Numbered from the whole stretch's first letter, positions 26,324 to 40,189 are shown. The stretch: 63,327 bases of DNA, filler included, from Lenisia limosa (GCA_001655205.1; 7 parts of 7 records of this genome joined end to end with filler, not necessarily neighbours in it), one strand, 5' to 3'. Program-made: numbers and translations. The notes: generated by a model not told the origin, from the letters alone.

Positions 26324-26417
26324 ATTGCGCGTGCGGGGGATAAATATTAGGAATGGGTGCTGGGCAGTTTTCATAATAACACCAAAAACCCGATACTCCC
26401 CATAAAAAGCCACAAAC

Positions 26418-29400
26418 CTGGGGTAAAGCACGATCAATGGGCTGGAGCCTTACGAGGACTGACTCAATGAACCTGGGGGGTCATTTGCATCACTTCAGGT
26501 GATGAGAAACTGAATCATTCCACCATTAACCATAAGCAATATATTGGACTTTGTTTCAAAGAAAAGAAAAAAGTTCTGCCAAACAAAACGAGGAAATTTA
26601 CACGTAGGTATTCAAGGTATTCGATTCCCACTTGTTGATTTCCTCCCTCTCTTCTTTTGTCGTCAATTTGAGGTCTGCCATCTTTTGCCCAATATCTTCG
26701 CATTTCTTCTTACTAAACACGAAGACGACCACTATGCTGTAAATAGTCGAAGACAACAAGGTTAGCAATAAGGATCCAATATCAATCAATATTATCAAGG
26801 ATATCTATCTATAATTTGTCTCCATTACAAGTGGGAAGTCAAAAAACCCAGCTTACGAGGTAAAAGTTCCTTCTTCTGTAGTTTTTTGACAACAATGTTC
26901 CACTAAATGGTAAATCAACATGTAAACGGCTTCATTGTCTCATCAACAACAAAATCACACGCCAGCGAACTTTGATATCATGCGAAGCAGCGTTAGGACC
27001 CCTCTGGCCAACTGCCTGGTTGATTGCACGTGACTGGGCTGTAGAGCCACCCTTCACATGGCCTTGTCCTGGCCGACTGGCAGGGTTAAGATGGTTTCAA
27101 ATACAGCAGCCTCAAATATTTTATTGTAGAAAGAGATTAGAAGTTACAATTTACACACTAAAGACAGTAATAAATGTATGAAAAAAATACATACATAGCT
27201 ACATGAATATAAGTTCACTACTGTTGTGATTTTGAGTTGCAGTACCCTCTTTTCTAAAAAAGGTTGCATCCATATACCCAGAGGTGTTAAATTTTCAAAA
27301 TACTTGGATATTGGAAAGACAAAAAGTTCGTAATATTAATTCATTGTCCCGCCCTGTATGAACTAAGAAGAAATATCAATGTAATACTGTATGAATATAT
27401 CAATAATATTACTCGTATAGTGTATAAAAAAGGAAAAGCATACCCTCCCTTGGTTTGCTTTTGTCCCTGTTTATTTGGACCTTTGTCGGGACCACTGCTG
27501 CCCCTAGCGGTTGAAGGGCTTGGGGAACTGAAAAGTCACGTGAGCATTTGGGAGGAAATCAATTGATGAAATCAAGGTAATTCTAAAAATGTTGATAACT
27601 CATCCCCTTCTATATAGTATTTGGTGGGTGGGACAATGAAGAGCTTGTAAACAGCAGTAGCCCAAAAAGAGCATTGTTTTAATAAGTGAAGGAAAAACAA
27701 GATCTTAAAAACTGGCGCTTCAAACCCTCGGCCCATACCTTCCTGATTTATTGGCTACCAAAATAGCCTTGGTGTTAAACACGCCTCCCGGAGATAAAAC
27801 CGGTACAATTCCATCTTCCTGTTAGGGAATATAAGGAAAATGTTGAAATATATGGTGAGTTTATCTTCTACAGTCCAAACAAGACGGAATGTCTTGACAA
27901 ATCCTCTATTATCAAATCCACAGTCTTATTCGGATACCCCATATTATATTCCATTGCTTCAATAATGTAAATATTTGAAAAAAAAAAAAACATGCAACAA
28001 TAACATTCCATAAATATCCAGTGAACACCCTAAAACGTAGATCATCAGTTATTACAAATATCGGATAACTGAGTCAAGGATTCATTATTAATAATACAGA
28101 AAAGCCTCGGGTGCTCACATCAGGACCTGCACGACCATCAGGATTGAAGAGGAGACAGTGTTCTAAGGGCACGGGTCTGGACAAGATGATTTAAACAGAA
28201 TCATAATTTACAGAAAAACTTTGATAAAATATACATACTGTCTATCAATAATTCTTCAAATGCAAATTCTCCATTCATCTTGAATAACGGTCAAGACTAC
28301 CCTGTCAGCAGGCCCCACCTTTTGTTGGTGGTGGTGACGAAGACCTTCTTCCTCTTTGTCCTTCCTATCCAGTCGGCAAACTCGAGTGCGTTGGGCACCT
28401 GAAGTGTAATAAAATGCGGAAATGGATAAAAGTGTAAAAGAAAAAGATATATGGTTGGGACATAGCAGTCTTGCAAAAGAAGGAAGATGTAGTTATATAT
28501 CACTTGAACAATGTCACTCCATCAAGAGAACTCCGATAAGAAAGAAAATGGAAGAGACAGATGGAGCAGAATGAATCGCTGATTTATCAACACAAGAATA
28601 CAATGCAAAAAGACATACAGTTGCCGAGAGCATGACAAGTCCAATGTGCTGTGGAAGCATTATGATGACTTCCTCCCAGACAACTCCTGCAAGTCCATTA
28701 ACGCAAAAGGGATGATGATGATGGTGATAAATTGATGACAAGTAAATACCATCAAAAATGGGTGATATAGCTGCATACTTGAGCTAATTCTACATATAGA
28801 GCTTCTGCGGTCCCAAAGACAGAATTTCCCGATAAATCCTCGATAAATATCGATATTTTTGAAGATCATTTTCGGACCGCAGGGAAGCCCATACAAGACC
28901 ACAACACGACAGTTCAACACAACGCCCACCTCGCTCTGGGTCATTGACATAGTGAACCTCATCAAAGATGACCCACTCGACGTCTCGGATCAAGTCGGCA
29001 CCGTGGTACAGCATGGACCGAAGCACTTCAGTCGTCATCACAAGGCATGAAGCAGTGGGGTTTATCTGAAATCGTTACTAACACTTCCACAGTGGAAATT
29101 CAGTTCATTAGAATATAGGATGTTAAAATAAACAGAAATCTACTTAAAATTGGATCCTGTCGAGAAATCCGCAAACAAAAACGTTTAACAAATTATATGC
29201 ACCAACCTGTACATCACCTGTGATGAGGCCAACATCGCCAAATTTGTCACAGAAATCTCTGTATCTGTAGAGTGAAAGATGACCAAATGCGGACTCAGTT
29301 TAATTTATTGAAGTTATGATAGTGAAGATATCCTTCATCAATGCGAAAACCACCAACTTTTGATTACTGAGGGTCTTAATTGGCGACGTGTAGATGGTCC

Positions 29401-32400
29401 TTGTGAGGTGTTTGGCGCTCATGGCAATGGCGTACTCCGCAGCCACCGTCTTTCCGGCTGGGTTGTGAGATATCATACATGGCGATAATGAATTATACTA
29501 ATATATCATAGCACACCTGTTCAACTTCAAATACATATAACTATGAATATGAAATATGGTTTTCTATGTATTAACAAATAAATATGATATACGAGTTACA
29601 TTGTCAAAAAAAAAAAAAGAGAAGTTGGCAAAAGTCGTCTTAGGGCTTCCACAAGGTCCAAAAAGATCGGCTAATATGTATATAAACGCCACAGAGTCAC
29701 TACGACTGAATCACCATCAGGTATATCATATCATAAAAAATACTACAAAAGCCCCCACCAGATGTATGGGCTGCGACGAAGACGTTTTCGCCTCTTTCGA
29801 GGTGTCGAATAGCCCGTTTTTGGAAGGGGTCGAGCTCAAAGGGGTACCTACTCGGTGACAAAAACGGAAATGCATATTAGGGGGGGAGCATAAACTGATC
29901 CTTCTGTTCAATGTATGACAGGAGTGACCCCCCCCCCTCCTTCTCATACCTCAACGCAGGGTCAAGGATTTCACTCCAAATGCTGTCAACCGGAGAGTTG
30001 TCGACTTCTGCCCATTTTGAGAGTTTTGGTGCCACGGCCCGGGTGTGGAGCTGCCCGGTGGCATACTACAAGGAATAGATTAGGGTTCCATGATAGGACA
30101 TCGGAGTTGTAGGGGACAAGAGATTGGATGAATTAGCATCAAATATCTTAATTGAATATTTGTTGTTAAACCCCCCACCTCCCGCCAGAAATCGCCACCC
30201 GCAAGTAGTGCGTCCAGTTCCTTTTTTGACAGCACTGAAGATGGCTTCTCCTAAACGGTTAATTGGGTCTTCTCTTGCAATATGATGGTAATTAGTGGAA
30301 GCTTAAGTTCTTGTGTTACTGTGTCAAACACTGATTTAATGATGCTTGATGTTCTGTTTGTACTTTTGTTTGATTGTGCTTTCAGAATGATCGTCCTTAT
30401 ACTGATTTTCACATCAATAGGTCCCCTCACCTTTGTCTCGGCTTCAGCTTCTTCTTCATTCTCAGACTCTGTTTCTTCAACTTCAATAACTTCAATTTCT
30501 TCTTCCTCTTCGTCGTCACTCATTTCAATGTTGATTCCTGGAGGTGAATAGTACCCGATGCACGGAAAATTTGTGACGAGTTTGATCCTCAGAGCTTATT
30601 CAAAATAAACTGAGAGGACAAGTCTCCGTTTCGTGTCATAATGATACCTAGAAGTATGTTGACGGTATCCCATTATTTTATTTGTTTCCCTAGATTTCTA
30701 ATGTATATGAATATGTATTGCTTCTCTTAAAAAAACATACCAGGTGGAAGGATAGTGCTAGGAGCGTCTTCAATGGGGGGCCCATCCGTGCCCAAATCAA
30801 CAAAAGGCATCGGTACCACCTAAATCCAGTCAAAAAACTTGGAAGATTAGCTACAGAATGCGGCAAATGCAACAATTCTGTATATATTCAGNNNNNNNNN
30901 NNNNNNNNNNNNNNNNNNNNNNNNNNNNNNNNNNNNNNNNNNNNNNNNNNNNNNNNNNNNNNNNNNNNNNNNNNNNNNNNNNNNNNNNNNNNNNNNNNNN
31001 NNNNNNNNNNNNNNNNNNCAATACGACGATAAATATGCATATTGACAACTTCGGGTATCCTATAAGAGATACAAAGATAAAGATTAGGGCAATATTTTTT
31101 TTTGCAATGTAAGGACTAAAGGAAATTGTTTTTGTCAAGTCTTTAGTTAGGTGATGATCAATTCGGTTTCAAACATAATATGATAAAGTGAGAAAACGAT
31201 ATTTAGGGATCAGAATAGCACAACATTGAGAGAAAAAACCGTATTTATTCTTGGCAAAGAGAATATACGTTTGAACCAATTATTGTGTTAATGTCTAATC
31301 GGCTCCAAAATCGTTCCATGGTGTGGGAATACGCTCTGTTCACCAAGAGCCCCGCTCACTCTCAAGGACTGCACAGACACTTCATTAAGCTGAAGTGCTT
31401 CCCACCCGGGTGGAGTGGTCAATAGTTGGCCGTTCGCAGCTAAATACTCGATATCTGGGGTATCATGGATGCATCAGGGTGTTAAGTGGGATCTGGGGTT
31501 GATATTTATTTTGAAAAGATATGCCAAACCTTTTTTTTAAAAGAGAAAATTGGATAAAGCTAAGAAGGTAAAATTAAATCTCAGTTTATAATTAGGGTAT
31601 CACTTTGTTCCGAAAAAGGACAATTTCACGATCGATCCTCAAAAAGAAGATTTTAGCTTTCGGGGTAGGTATAATATATATAATTATGTATTATATGATA
31701 TTTCAGAGAGAAATGGTCCAATCAGACCAGTTGAAGGGAGTGGCTTGTCAAGAGCAGAAGCTGACGTCCCACCAGGCCTTGGTTGTGAGGCATGTCAATT
31801 CATGTGACACCATCAAGGACCAGTTTTACATGCAGTATTACATTGATATTTCTTCTTAGTTCATACAGGTCCGGACAATGAAGTAATATTACGAACTTTT
31901 TGTCTTTCCAAAAACTTCCACCACTCCAACCTAAATGGCTGTTGTTGATGTGACCCTCGAACGAAATCGGCAGCATCCTCAGGGGCTCGTGTCAAACTAT
32001 TGGTCCCGTCCTAGAAACATAAGGCCAACTGTTTTTGGAAACTAGGGGTTCAACTAAGAAGCAGAGAATATTTTGTTCTGTAAGGGACACGAAAATACAT
32101 GCAAGATTAGCCTGCAAACCTCAAGCAGCACCTCTTCAATTTGAGAAACATCCAAACTCAGAGGGTCCAACTAAGTAGAAATGAGAAACAAAACAAGTGT
32201 CCGTGCACAGAAAGTCAAAAGTCTATCTTAATCCCATATAATCTGCATCTTCTATGAAGATATGCACCAGCTTGAGATACCCCTCCACTATCCCCCATTC
32301 AATAATCGATGAGAGCCGCTTGGCCACCAACTTTAGCGACAAGTTGGGTTGAGCACGCCGCCAGACGGGGATGGTGTCGGAAGTCGGCCTCGGGCTGCCA

Positions 32401-33294
32401 TATGCCCTCAGTAGCCGCAACTGCAAGATCGTCCCGTCCGTAGGACTCCCAGGACCACTGGGGGGGGGGGGNNNNNNNNNNNNNNNNNNNNNNNNNNNNN
32501 NNNNNNNNNNNNNNNNNNNNNNNNNNNNNNNNNNNNNNNNNNNNNNNNNNNNNNNNNCTGTAAAAATAAAAATTATGGTGGAATTGGAAAATTATAAAAA
32601 ACAAAAACAACACCAAAATCAACTTTATATGATGCTAAACTTTTGAAGAGGGTTGGAAACAACAAAACAAAACATTCATCCCCAAGAATTTAGTAACACA
32701 GGAGAATGTAATACTAGCAAGAACTATAATACACCATACATGTTTGAAATACTGTGTGTTCAATAGCCACCTTGATTTCAAACCGATATATCCCAGATAA
32801 TACTTTGTGAATTGTTTCGTTCAAATCCCCAAAAGAAACAGAAGTGGCGACAAACCTTCAAAAGGTCCCCCATGCGAGGTACAACGTTGCCGTTTCTGTC
32901 AACCAAATGCGAGACATCTTTCATATCCATGCCATTTGACCCTTCGGGAAGGGCTGCTTCAGCCCACGGCAGCGACCCATCTTTAGCATGACGGGGGTCA
33001 AAGAGAAAAGAAAATCTGAAGAAAACTCGAAAAGAAGACATGTCACCCTATAATTAATTTCCAAAAATAATTGTCATTAAAAACTCCGTCAATAAAGCAG
33101 GAAGAGCCCTAGACTACCAAAATTCTCTCACCATTTTCAACATAGTGGGAAAGGGAGATATCTCCAAATATGCCCTTAGTCTGTGCTCGAAGAGGCTTAA
33201 ATTCTGGTAAAATAGGCTCAGCAGCACTCGACAAGTCGCCAAGTACAGAGTCAAGCTCGTCAAGAAGGTCCCCGAAGGGGTTTAGCTCGTTCAT
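26418..33294 (-). CDS. SKI2: SKI2-like DExH RNA helicase (5' portion; 3' end cut by scaffold end)
   Basis: [139 protein letters not shown]-terminal QPFRPGG and LLTTPPG segments are Ski2-type rather than Mtr4-type. Confidence 0.92.
27311..27393 (+). repeat. Family F repeat (inverted partner at 31829-31911)
   Basis: An ~83-bp near-identical reverse-complement pair in two SKI2 introns. Confidence 0.8.
28797..28892. mobile_element. hAT-type MITE, family A
   Basis: TAGAGCTTCTGCGGTCCC...GGACCGCAGGGAAGCCC with internal ATCGAT repeats. Confidence 0.7.
31829..31911 (-). repeat. Family F repeat (inverted partner at 27311-27393)
   Basis: Reverse complement of 27311-27393 with few mismatches. Confidence 0.8.
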
Positions 33295-33763
33295 TATCTA
33301 CACTTTTGTTATTAAGCACTAGCACAACTGGAAAATAGTCATTTAGAGCATTTACAGTCATGTGTGTAGAGTGATATGTGATTTCATAAATATGCGCGTG
33401 ATAGCGCAAGCTGCGCTTTGCTTTTGTTCCAAATCTGTGGCCCTCTCCCTCTCCCCCCCTCTATTGCTCTTGAACGATCTTATTTTTGTGCAATAAATTA
33501 GGAAATTTGGAAATTAGAGATACGGACTTGGATCTGACTTGGATAAGCAGCGTTTCGACTGCCACCTTTATTGAGCTGGTTTTCTTGAGCAGGCTTACCA
33601 CAGAGGAGGTTAGTAAATGATAAGTACTTCAAATCTTGACTCTATGAACTTACCATTTTCTGTTCTGTCATCTCTTTTGCCCTTATTCCTGGAATAGTAA
33701 TAGTTGATACAGTCACCTAAACAGTCTCCCTAGCAGTTAGCACCCGACGTCCTCGCCACCATC

Positions 33764-36700
33764 ATGGTGGTGACCTTCGGTACCCGACCGCGAAGGGTGA
33801 AGGTTAGTAGAACACTCACTCACTACCTTTACACAATACAGTACCTTTTTTTTTCATGTAATGTTTTGGAAGATACACCTGACCCTTGCTTTGCTACTAA
33901 TTTTACAACATTACAACATTATCCATCTCACACCCCACCCGACTCGATAACTCGAGAGTGGGGTGAATCCAAACACATCANNNNNNNNNNNNNNNNNNNN
34001 NNNNNNNNNNNNNNNNNNNNNNNNNNNNNNNNNNNNNNNNNNNNNNNNNNNNNNNNNNNNNNNNNNNNNNNNNNNNNNNNNNNNNNNNNNNNNNNNNNNN
34101 NNNNNNNNNNNNNNNNNNGAAGATTGCCGTTCACAGCACATGAAAGTCCCGGATCCCGCGGCTGTCACCGAAATAGCCAATGAAATTGTACCGGGCGCAT
34201 ATTCGATTGACGAACTAGAGCTTCACTTTCGGTCCCAAAAAAGACTGAATTTTCGATGTTTTGGAACCGAAAGTGAAGCTCTCTGACCGACTTTCAAGTC
34301 GAAATGATGAAGAGAGAACACGAGGGTTTATCATTGAAACTTGTCACTTTATCACATGAGTATCATACCTATTTTATCACACTGACATAAATAACTATTG
34401 TTTTCCTTTGTTGATCAAAATGACACTGGGGGGAGGGGGAGGGGGGTCAGCCATTTTCATTCCACTAGTGGGCGGGAATGACACCTGAAGAGAAAGCTCC
34501 ATTTGAAATGCACGCGATTGCTGACAAGGTTAGTTCCTATGAAATATAGAGCTTCACTTCGACTACAAGAGATATTGGATAAATGTCTTTTGACGCTCTC
34601 ATAAACAATAATTGCTTCACTTCAGCTGAATGACGCCTTTTTACTTATTTACTATGTGATTTAATATGACAGTATAATCCCCCCTTTTTTTTTCTTTTAA
34701 GCATGATGTTGAGCATGATGTTGAGCATGACGTTGAGCATGATGTTGTCCCCTCGTATATCGCCTTTATTCTGTTTTAGTTTCGATACGAGAAAGAAATC
34801 CTTGAGTACAACAGAAAAAACGAGGAACGTATGTTTGGTGTAGTAGTTATTGACAACCTCCGTTATGCAGGCATTATTCACAGTGATTGTTTTTTCGGGT
34901 CAAATTTTAGGGTGATTTGAATCGATTGTTGAAGAAAAGTTCTTACACCTCTGATATCTTTTATTTTTGGTGTTTCTGCAATTATACATGCATATCATTT
35001 TTATATCTCCTAAAATCTCACCATGACAGAAGCGAAACAACTCAGAATTGAGGAGCGACCGAAAAAACCGCTAACTGCCTATATTGCCTTCAATAATGAG
35101 GTGAACAGGGAGTCACATTGGTCTAAGAACATTGCTACCCAAACGCACACACACCCACACACTCTCTCTATCTATCTATCTATCTCTTCCCTCTGTCTCT
35201 TTTTTCACTTTTACATGATTATATTTTGATGTTTTTTACTTTCATACTAAGTCTGCTATCCTCTCCTCAATCATATGATATTCAAAATTACCTCCACTAC
35301 ACCTGCAAATGTCTCATCCCCCAGATATCAATCATATTATACCTACCCTCACCCCCCCCCCCAGNNNNNNNNNNNNNNNNNNNNNNNNNNNNNNNNNNNN
35401 NNNNNNNNNNNNNNNNNNNNTAAACCCAAAGTGGGGAAGGGTGTAAAAGGTTGATGGTTGTGGTTTCTCATTGAAACATTTCTCATCTTGTTCAGGTTCC
35501 TGAAGTTATGAATCGAGTGTCCCAGTTGTGGCGTCTTCTCTCCGAAGAAGACAAGCGGCCGTATTATGAGGTACTTGCATCGGGGAAGTTGATCGAATCG
35601 TTTACCTATTTTCGTTTTCCCTTTTTTCTTTTCTTACTTTTGCTCCATTAAAACGGCTATCAAATCATCCTCAAGTTGATACTTTTCGATCACAAACAAA
35701 ATACCTCTTTTCGAGAGAGTCAGTTGCTGGCGGGACGGCGTTCTTGAAAACTGCGGCAGTTATATAACAGTAACAATGCGAATGTTTTCAAATATTTCTT
35801 TGGTCCTTAGCGAACATTGACTGGAAGGGTGTGGCGGTAGCACCTTCGGAGATGGGAGGGGGGGGACAAAATCAAAACCCTCTCTTGAATCTCTCTTAGC
35901 GAGACACCCCTCAGTTATAGGGTCCGCGCCTGGGACTTCAGCCTCCGCTCATAGCCCTGGCACTCCTCTTTCATCATCTTCTTCAGCTCTCAATTTCTTG
36001 CTGCTGCTCTTCGTTCTTGGGCATGAATGACAAATACAAGAACATCAAGGATCGGGTATGAATGACAAATACAAGAACATCAAGGAGCGGGTATTATTTT
36101 TGGCGGGAAAATCAGATGTTAGACGATTAGCCATCAACAAGACCCATAAAGATCAGTATAATCCCTAGTTAGGAGTCAGTAAAACATAGTTTTAAATTAC
36201 GCATGGTTGATTGGCAAGCATGAGGCGTTTGGCTACTTCGGCTGCAGCGTCGGGTTAGTTCATTGGGAGTGGCAAGATAGGGTCGAAGTCAGCGATATAA
36301 CATCAAACTTGAAGTCCTTAAACTTGGTGTGAAAATCGCGTGCTGGGCGAAAATCTCCCGTGTGCAGTACGGTTGTGTCATCGAACTTAAGAATGAAGCC
36401 CAAAGCGCCAAGACAATGGTCAACTGAGAAGGGAGTGACTGTGACACCATGTGTCACAAAAGGGTGGTCAGGGATGCAAACATGCAAAAAATTGCCAAGG
36501 CCAGAGTTTTTGGCCTCAATGAAGGCGATGGTCTCCCTTGAGGCAATAACCTGACTACGATCAAGCTTTGCACTCTTGCAGGGGTCAATTTCCAACTAGG
36601 AGCTACAGATATGATATGATTGTGAAATAGCAAAAAAAAAAAAGCGAAAAGAAAAAACTTTACACACGAAGAGGATACATGTCAATAAAGAATAGCAATT

Positions 36701-39615
36701 CAGGTAAAGAAAATGCATTTACACCAATACATCAGTTTATTATCCAATGTATGATATGAAGGCAAATGAGCGAGAAGAATCCTGGGAGGTTAGTTCAAAC
36801 TGTCAACAACGACTAAAATTAGAGGCAGCAAAAATATTGTAGGTATGAATGACGTCAGAAGAATGACGTTTGAATTGGCCCCAGTAATCACCTCATCATG
36901 GTTCTGCTCGAATGCCATCGCCATAAAGAAGACTTTCGCCGCAACAGAGTTGGTTGCAACTGCGGCCTAACATCGTCAAATACAAACAATAACACAATAA
37001 CCAATCATGCAACTGCTAAACGAGACTGCAACAGAAAAGATGCTTTCCATAGTAGACTGAGTAAGCTCAATTACCGGATGTAGAGGCTACACATGTCACT
37101 TGATCAACTTCAACAAAGTTCAGCACAAAACAGCAACTGCCTTTTCATCCCAATTCCACCAGCTCTTTTGTAGTCCTAAATAGAATCAATAAATTCAAGA
37201 AAGCAACTCATCACCAGTCAAGGCCACGCCCTTCCAACTTTGCAGAGAGACAAATATTATTGGTTCAAAATCTTTGATAATTTCATATACTACATGTATA
37301 TCATATTCAAAACAATTTAATTACACCTTCAATGTTACCTACAAGCCCATCATCTCCTTTTTTGCATTTGAGTTATTAAATATGTTGATTGTGTTGATTT
37401 TTTTGAAATGATTTGATGAATTGATTTGACTCAATTTATGCATTGCTTTGATATTTTCTCTCTTAGTCAATTTTTGTTTTCTTTGGGTCGTACTGCCCGC
37501 TATTTTTGTTGTTGATTCATCGATATTTAGAGGGCTGAGAAACTCAAAGAGATGTACCTGCAACAAATGGAAGTTTATGAAGCGAATTTAAAGAAAGTTA
37601 GTGCTACCTGAATCATGACTTACTGCTCAGAGGGACTTGGAGCTACCGCGGAGCCCGGTCAAAACAGTGCCCGCTTCCTACCCTCATGCCTTCGCCAATC
37701 CCTTGCGCCAGACGCCTGTGTCTACTGCTCTCCTGTCAAGGTCAAATCCAACCCTCTCCCCTCCGATCACCCAGTCTGTTCCTTCCCCGGCGTGTGTGCA
37801 AGTTTGTGGAGTTGCTGTTTTAAGAAGAAATTTTATTTAAATACGTACGTGGGGATGACTGTCAACAGTTGTACACCTGATGTTCAGTTATTATTACCTG
37901 GTACATTGGTTGTTTTATTTAATACATTCCATACTAATCTACACCCAACTTCACAACAATACAATCCCTACCTCTTACATCACAGAGCAATCCACAGCCC
38001 CCGAGTATCCCAGCTTCAACCAAGCCCTTCCCCCAGAGGTTGGCGACTGAATTACCAATAATTTTGGCATCAAAGGGAAGCCCATAATGTGTTCTTGCAA
38101 AAAATATGGGAATAATCCTTTTTTTTTTTTTTATTTTTTTTTTTATCATTTTCAGGGGGCAACGAGCACTTCTCAAGAACTTCCCAATGAAAAAGCCCCT
38201 CTCGTTATCTGCCGGGGGTATTCAGAGTATCTCAAAGAGCGCAACCCCCGGTTAGTTGGAGATATTGATCTCTTTTTTACCTTTTTATCTCAATTCACTG
38301 CACAATCATTATTCATCTGAATTTGGCCCGTTAGTCGAGGGGGGTTTGGATACTGCTTGTTTTGTCTGTAATTAATTCTTCAATATGACCAGTACCACAA
38401 CTTAAACCCCTCACCAGTATCGCACCACGAACAATCCGAATTCACTTTTTAGTTCGCACGGACCTCTCCAAGTCCATCCCTGTCGCCTCACCAAACCCGC
38501 CCAAATCCATAGCACACAGCCAGCCATCCTTCCGCCCCTCAAACAACCTTCAGGAGTCCTCACCGCATGCATACCACCAGCAAAGCCCGCATTCTGGGCA
38601 AAGTCCTCTCCAAATGAACCAAATCAGCCCTGTTGAACAGCAAATGAGGTCCCCGATGGAGCCGCAATCACCCCTTGGGTTGGTGGATGGGTTCCTTTTT
38701 TACAAATGAAAATATATCATATTAAATCAAATCATGGGGATGTGTAATACATAATATATTTAAAGGGACGCTTTTGATATACTGATCATTTTACTGTNNN
38801 NNNNNNNNNNNNNNNNNNNNNNNNNNNNNNNNNNNNNNNNNNNNNNNNNNNNNNNNNNNNNNNNNNNNNNNNNNNGGTTATGATATGAGTTAAAGATATG
38901 TATAATTGTCCGGTGTGGCGAATCTCAATTCACAACAGCTTACCTTTGTAGTCACACAAGCCCTATGAACCAAAACAGCCCCATGTCCTCGATCCACGAC
39001 CCGTCCCCCCACAACTCCATACCCGAAGCCTCGCCAATGGGTTCAATGCACAACTCGTCTCCGCAGGGCTCCATGTATCTTCCATCCCTCGGGGGCATTC
39101 ACTCCGCTAGCCCCTTAAACGCCCAGACCCATTCCAACACCAGCAGTCGACAGAATAGCCCGTATGTCCAAGGCACGAGTGCAAGTCCCCCAGGGCCACC
39201 CAGGCCCTCCCCCCTGCCACAAACAGCTATTCCAACGCAGCAGTTCAATATGAGCCCCAAAGTCACGGCAAACAGTCCTTTAACAAGTGCTATTCCCTCG
39301 CACTCTCACGAACCACACCCATCCAATTCGCCAATTCGCGACCAATTTACCTCGCAATTACCTGGATACGCACAGCCGCCTGAACTGCAACTCAACCCCT
39401 CTAATGAATACCCCGAAAATGGGCCCGATGATATTGGTGATGATGTGATGATGGGCCCCTTCCAGCCCCACGACCTTCATATGCCCTTGAGCCATGATCT
39501 TGATGATCAAATTGCTCAAGGCCACTTCAACAGCACGCATTCAAGTCCCAATCTCTTCAGTCCCAGTTTGAACGAGTCACATTTGTCGCCGAATTTCCCT
39601 CTTATGATGTTATAG
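33764..39615 (+). CDS. Two-HMG-box protein with a long S/P/Q-rich C-terminus
   Basis: Box 1: ..VTEIANEI|WAGMTPEEKAPFEMHAIADK|FRYEKEILEYN. Box 2: RPKKPLTAYIAFNNE..VPEVMNRVSQLWRLLSEEDKRPYYE|RAEKLKEMYLQQMEVYEANLKK. Phases are consistent where checked; the start codon is uncertain and some exons fall in gaps. Confidence 0.8.
34216..34283. mobile_element. hAT-type MITE, family A (short copy)
   Basis: TAGAGCTTCACTTTCGGTCCC...GGAACCGAAAGTGAAGCTCTC. Flanks TGACGAAC/TGACCGAC match at 6 of 8 positions. Confidence 0.75.
34701..34747. repeat. 12-bp tandem repeat, 4 copies (intronic)
   Basis: GCATGATGTTGA units. Confidence 0.85.
36024..36093. repeat. 35-bp tandem duplication
   Basis: ATGAATGACAAATACAAGAACATCAAGGA(T/G)CGGGT, two copies. 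Confidence 0.85.
36260..36781 (-). CDS. SNM1/Apollo/Artemis-like metallo-beta-lactamase-fold protein with a degenerate active site, nested antisense (possibly a pseudogene)
   Basis: ILLAHLPSYHTL (cf. FFLSHMHSDHTV), VIASRETIAF (cf. YCSPIT), VTVTPFSVDHCLGALGFIL (cf. VTLLDANHCPGSVMFL), VLHTGDFR (cf. ILYTGDFR). The frame stops shortly after this. Confidence 0.65.
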
Positions 39616-40189
39616 AACCTTGTATTTTTATTGTCTATTTGCCTTTGTGAGGTATGTTATTTATTGCTTGTACTATCCAGACAGGAGGATGAGCAGGGGT
39701 TGCACTATCGAGACAGGAGCAGGGGTTCTATATGGTCCCAAAAAGACCGAATATCTCGAATCCTCGATAAAGGTCAATATTTAAACTAATGATTTGTGAA
39801 CGCTATCGAAACGTTTGGATACTACAACGGGGAGATTGTTACTGCAAATTGCCAAATCTTTTCCGAAATATACCTTGGGGTGTGATCTTGTCAAACCATC
39901 ATACATTTGTTGCACAATACTAATCAAAACTGTTCAAATACCAAGGCCATAATAACATAATAAAACGGAGCTCTTCAAACTTCCTCCATTTCCCCATTTT
40001 TGCTGATACCGACAAAAATCAGCAGCAAAACAAGTAAGCACAGCCACAAAATACAACTAAAGTGTAAAACAGCAAAAGTTGATCATCTTTTACAAAATTG
40101 ACGTGTGTGACTTTGGTTTTGAAAACATATTTTCAAGAATATTCAAAATTCAGTCTTCTCTGGTATTCTTCATTTTCAAACTCACCAAA

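Noticed and set aside
30251-30523. Stand-alone acidic protein gene
   Set aside because: It has a flanking acceptor and a GTGAG donor and fits in phase as an internal SKI2 exon.
35023-35229. Separate second HMG gene starting at ATG 35023
   Set aside because: The upstream exon FRYEKEILEYNRKNEE splices in phase into ..GACAG|AAGCG, so both boxes belong to one gene.
35571-37530. TIRs bounding the nested nuclease region
   Set aside because: Only a 10-bp inverted match (ATCAAATCAT/ATGATTTGAT) was found, with no extension or TSD.
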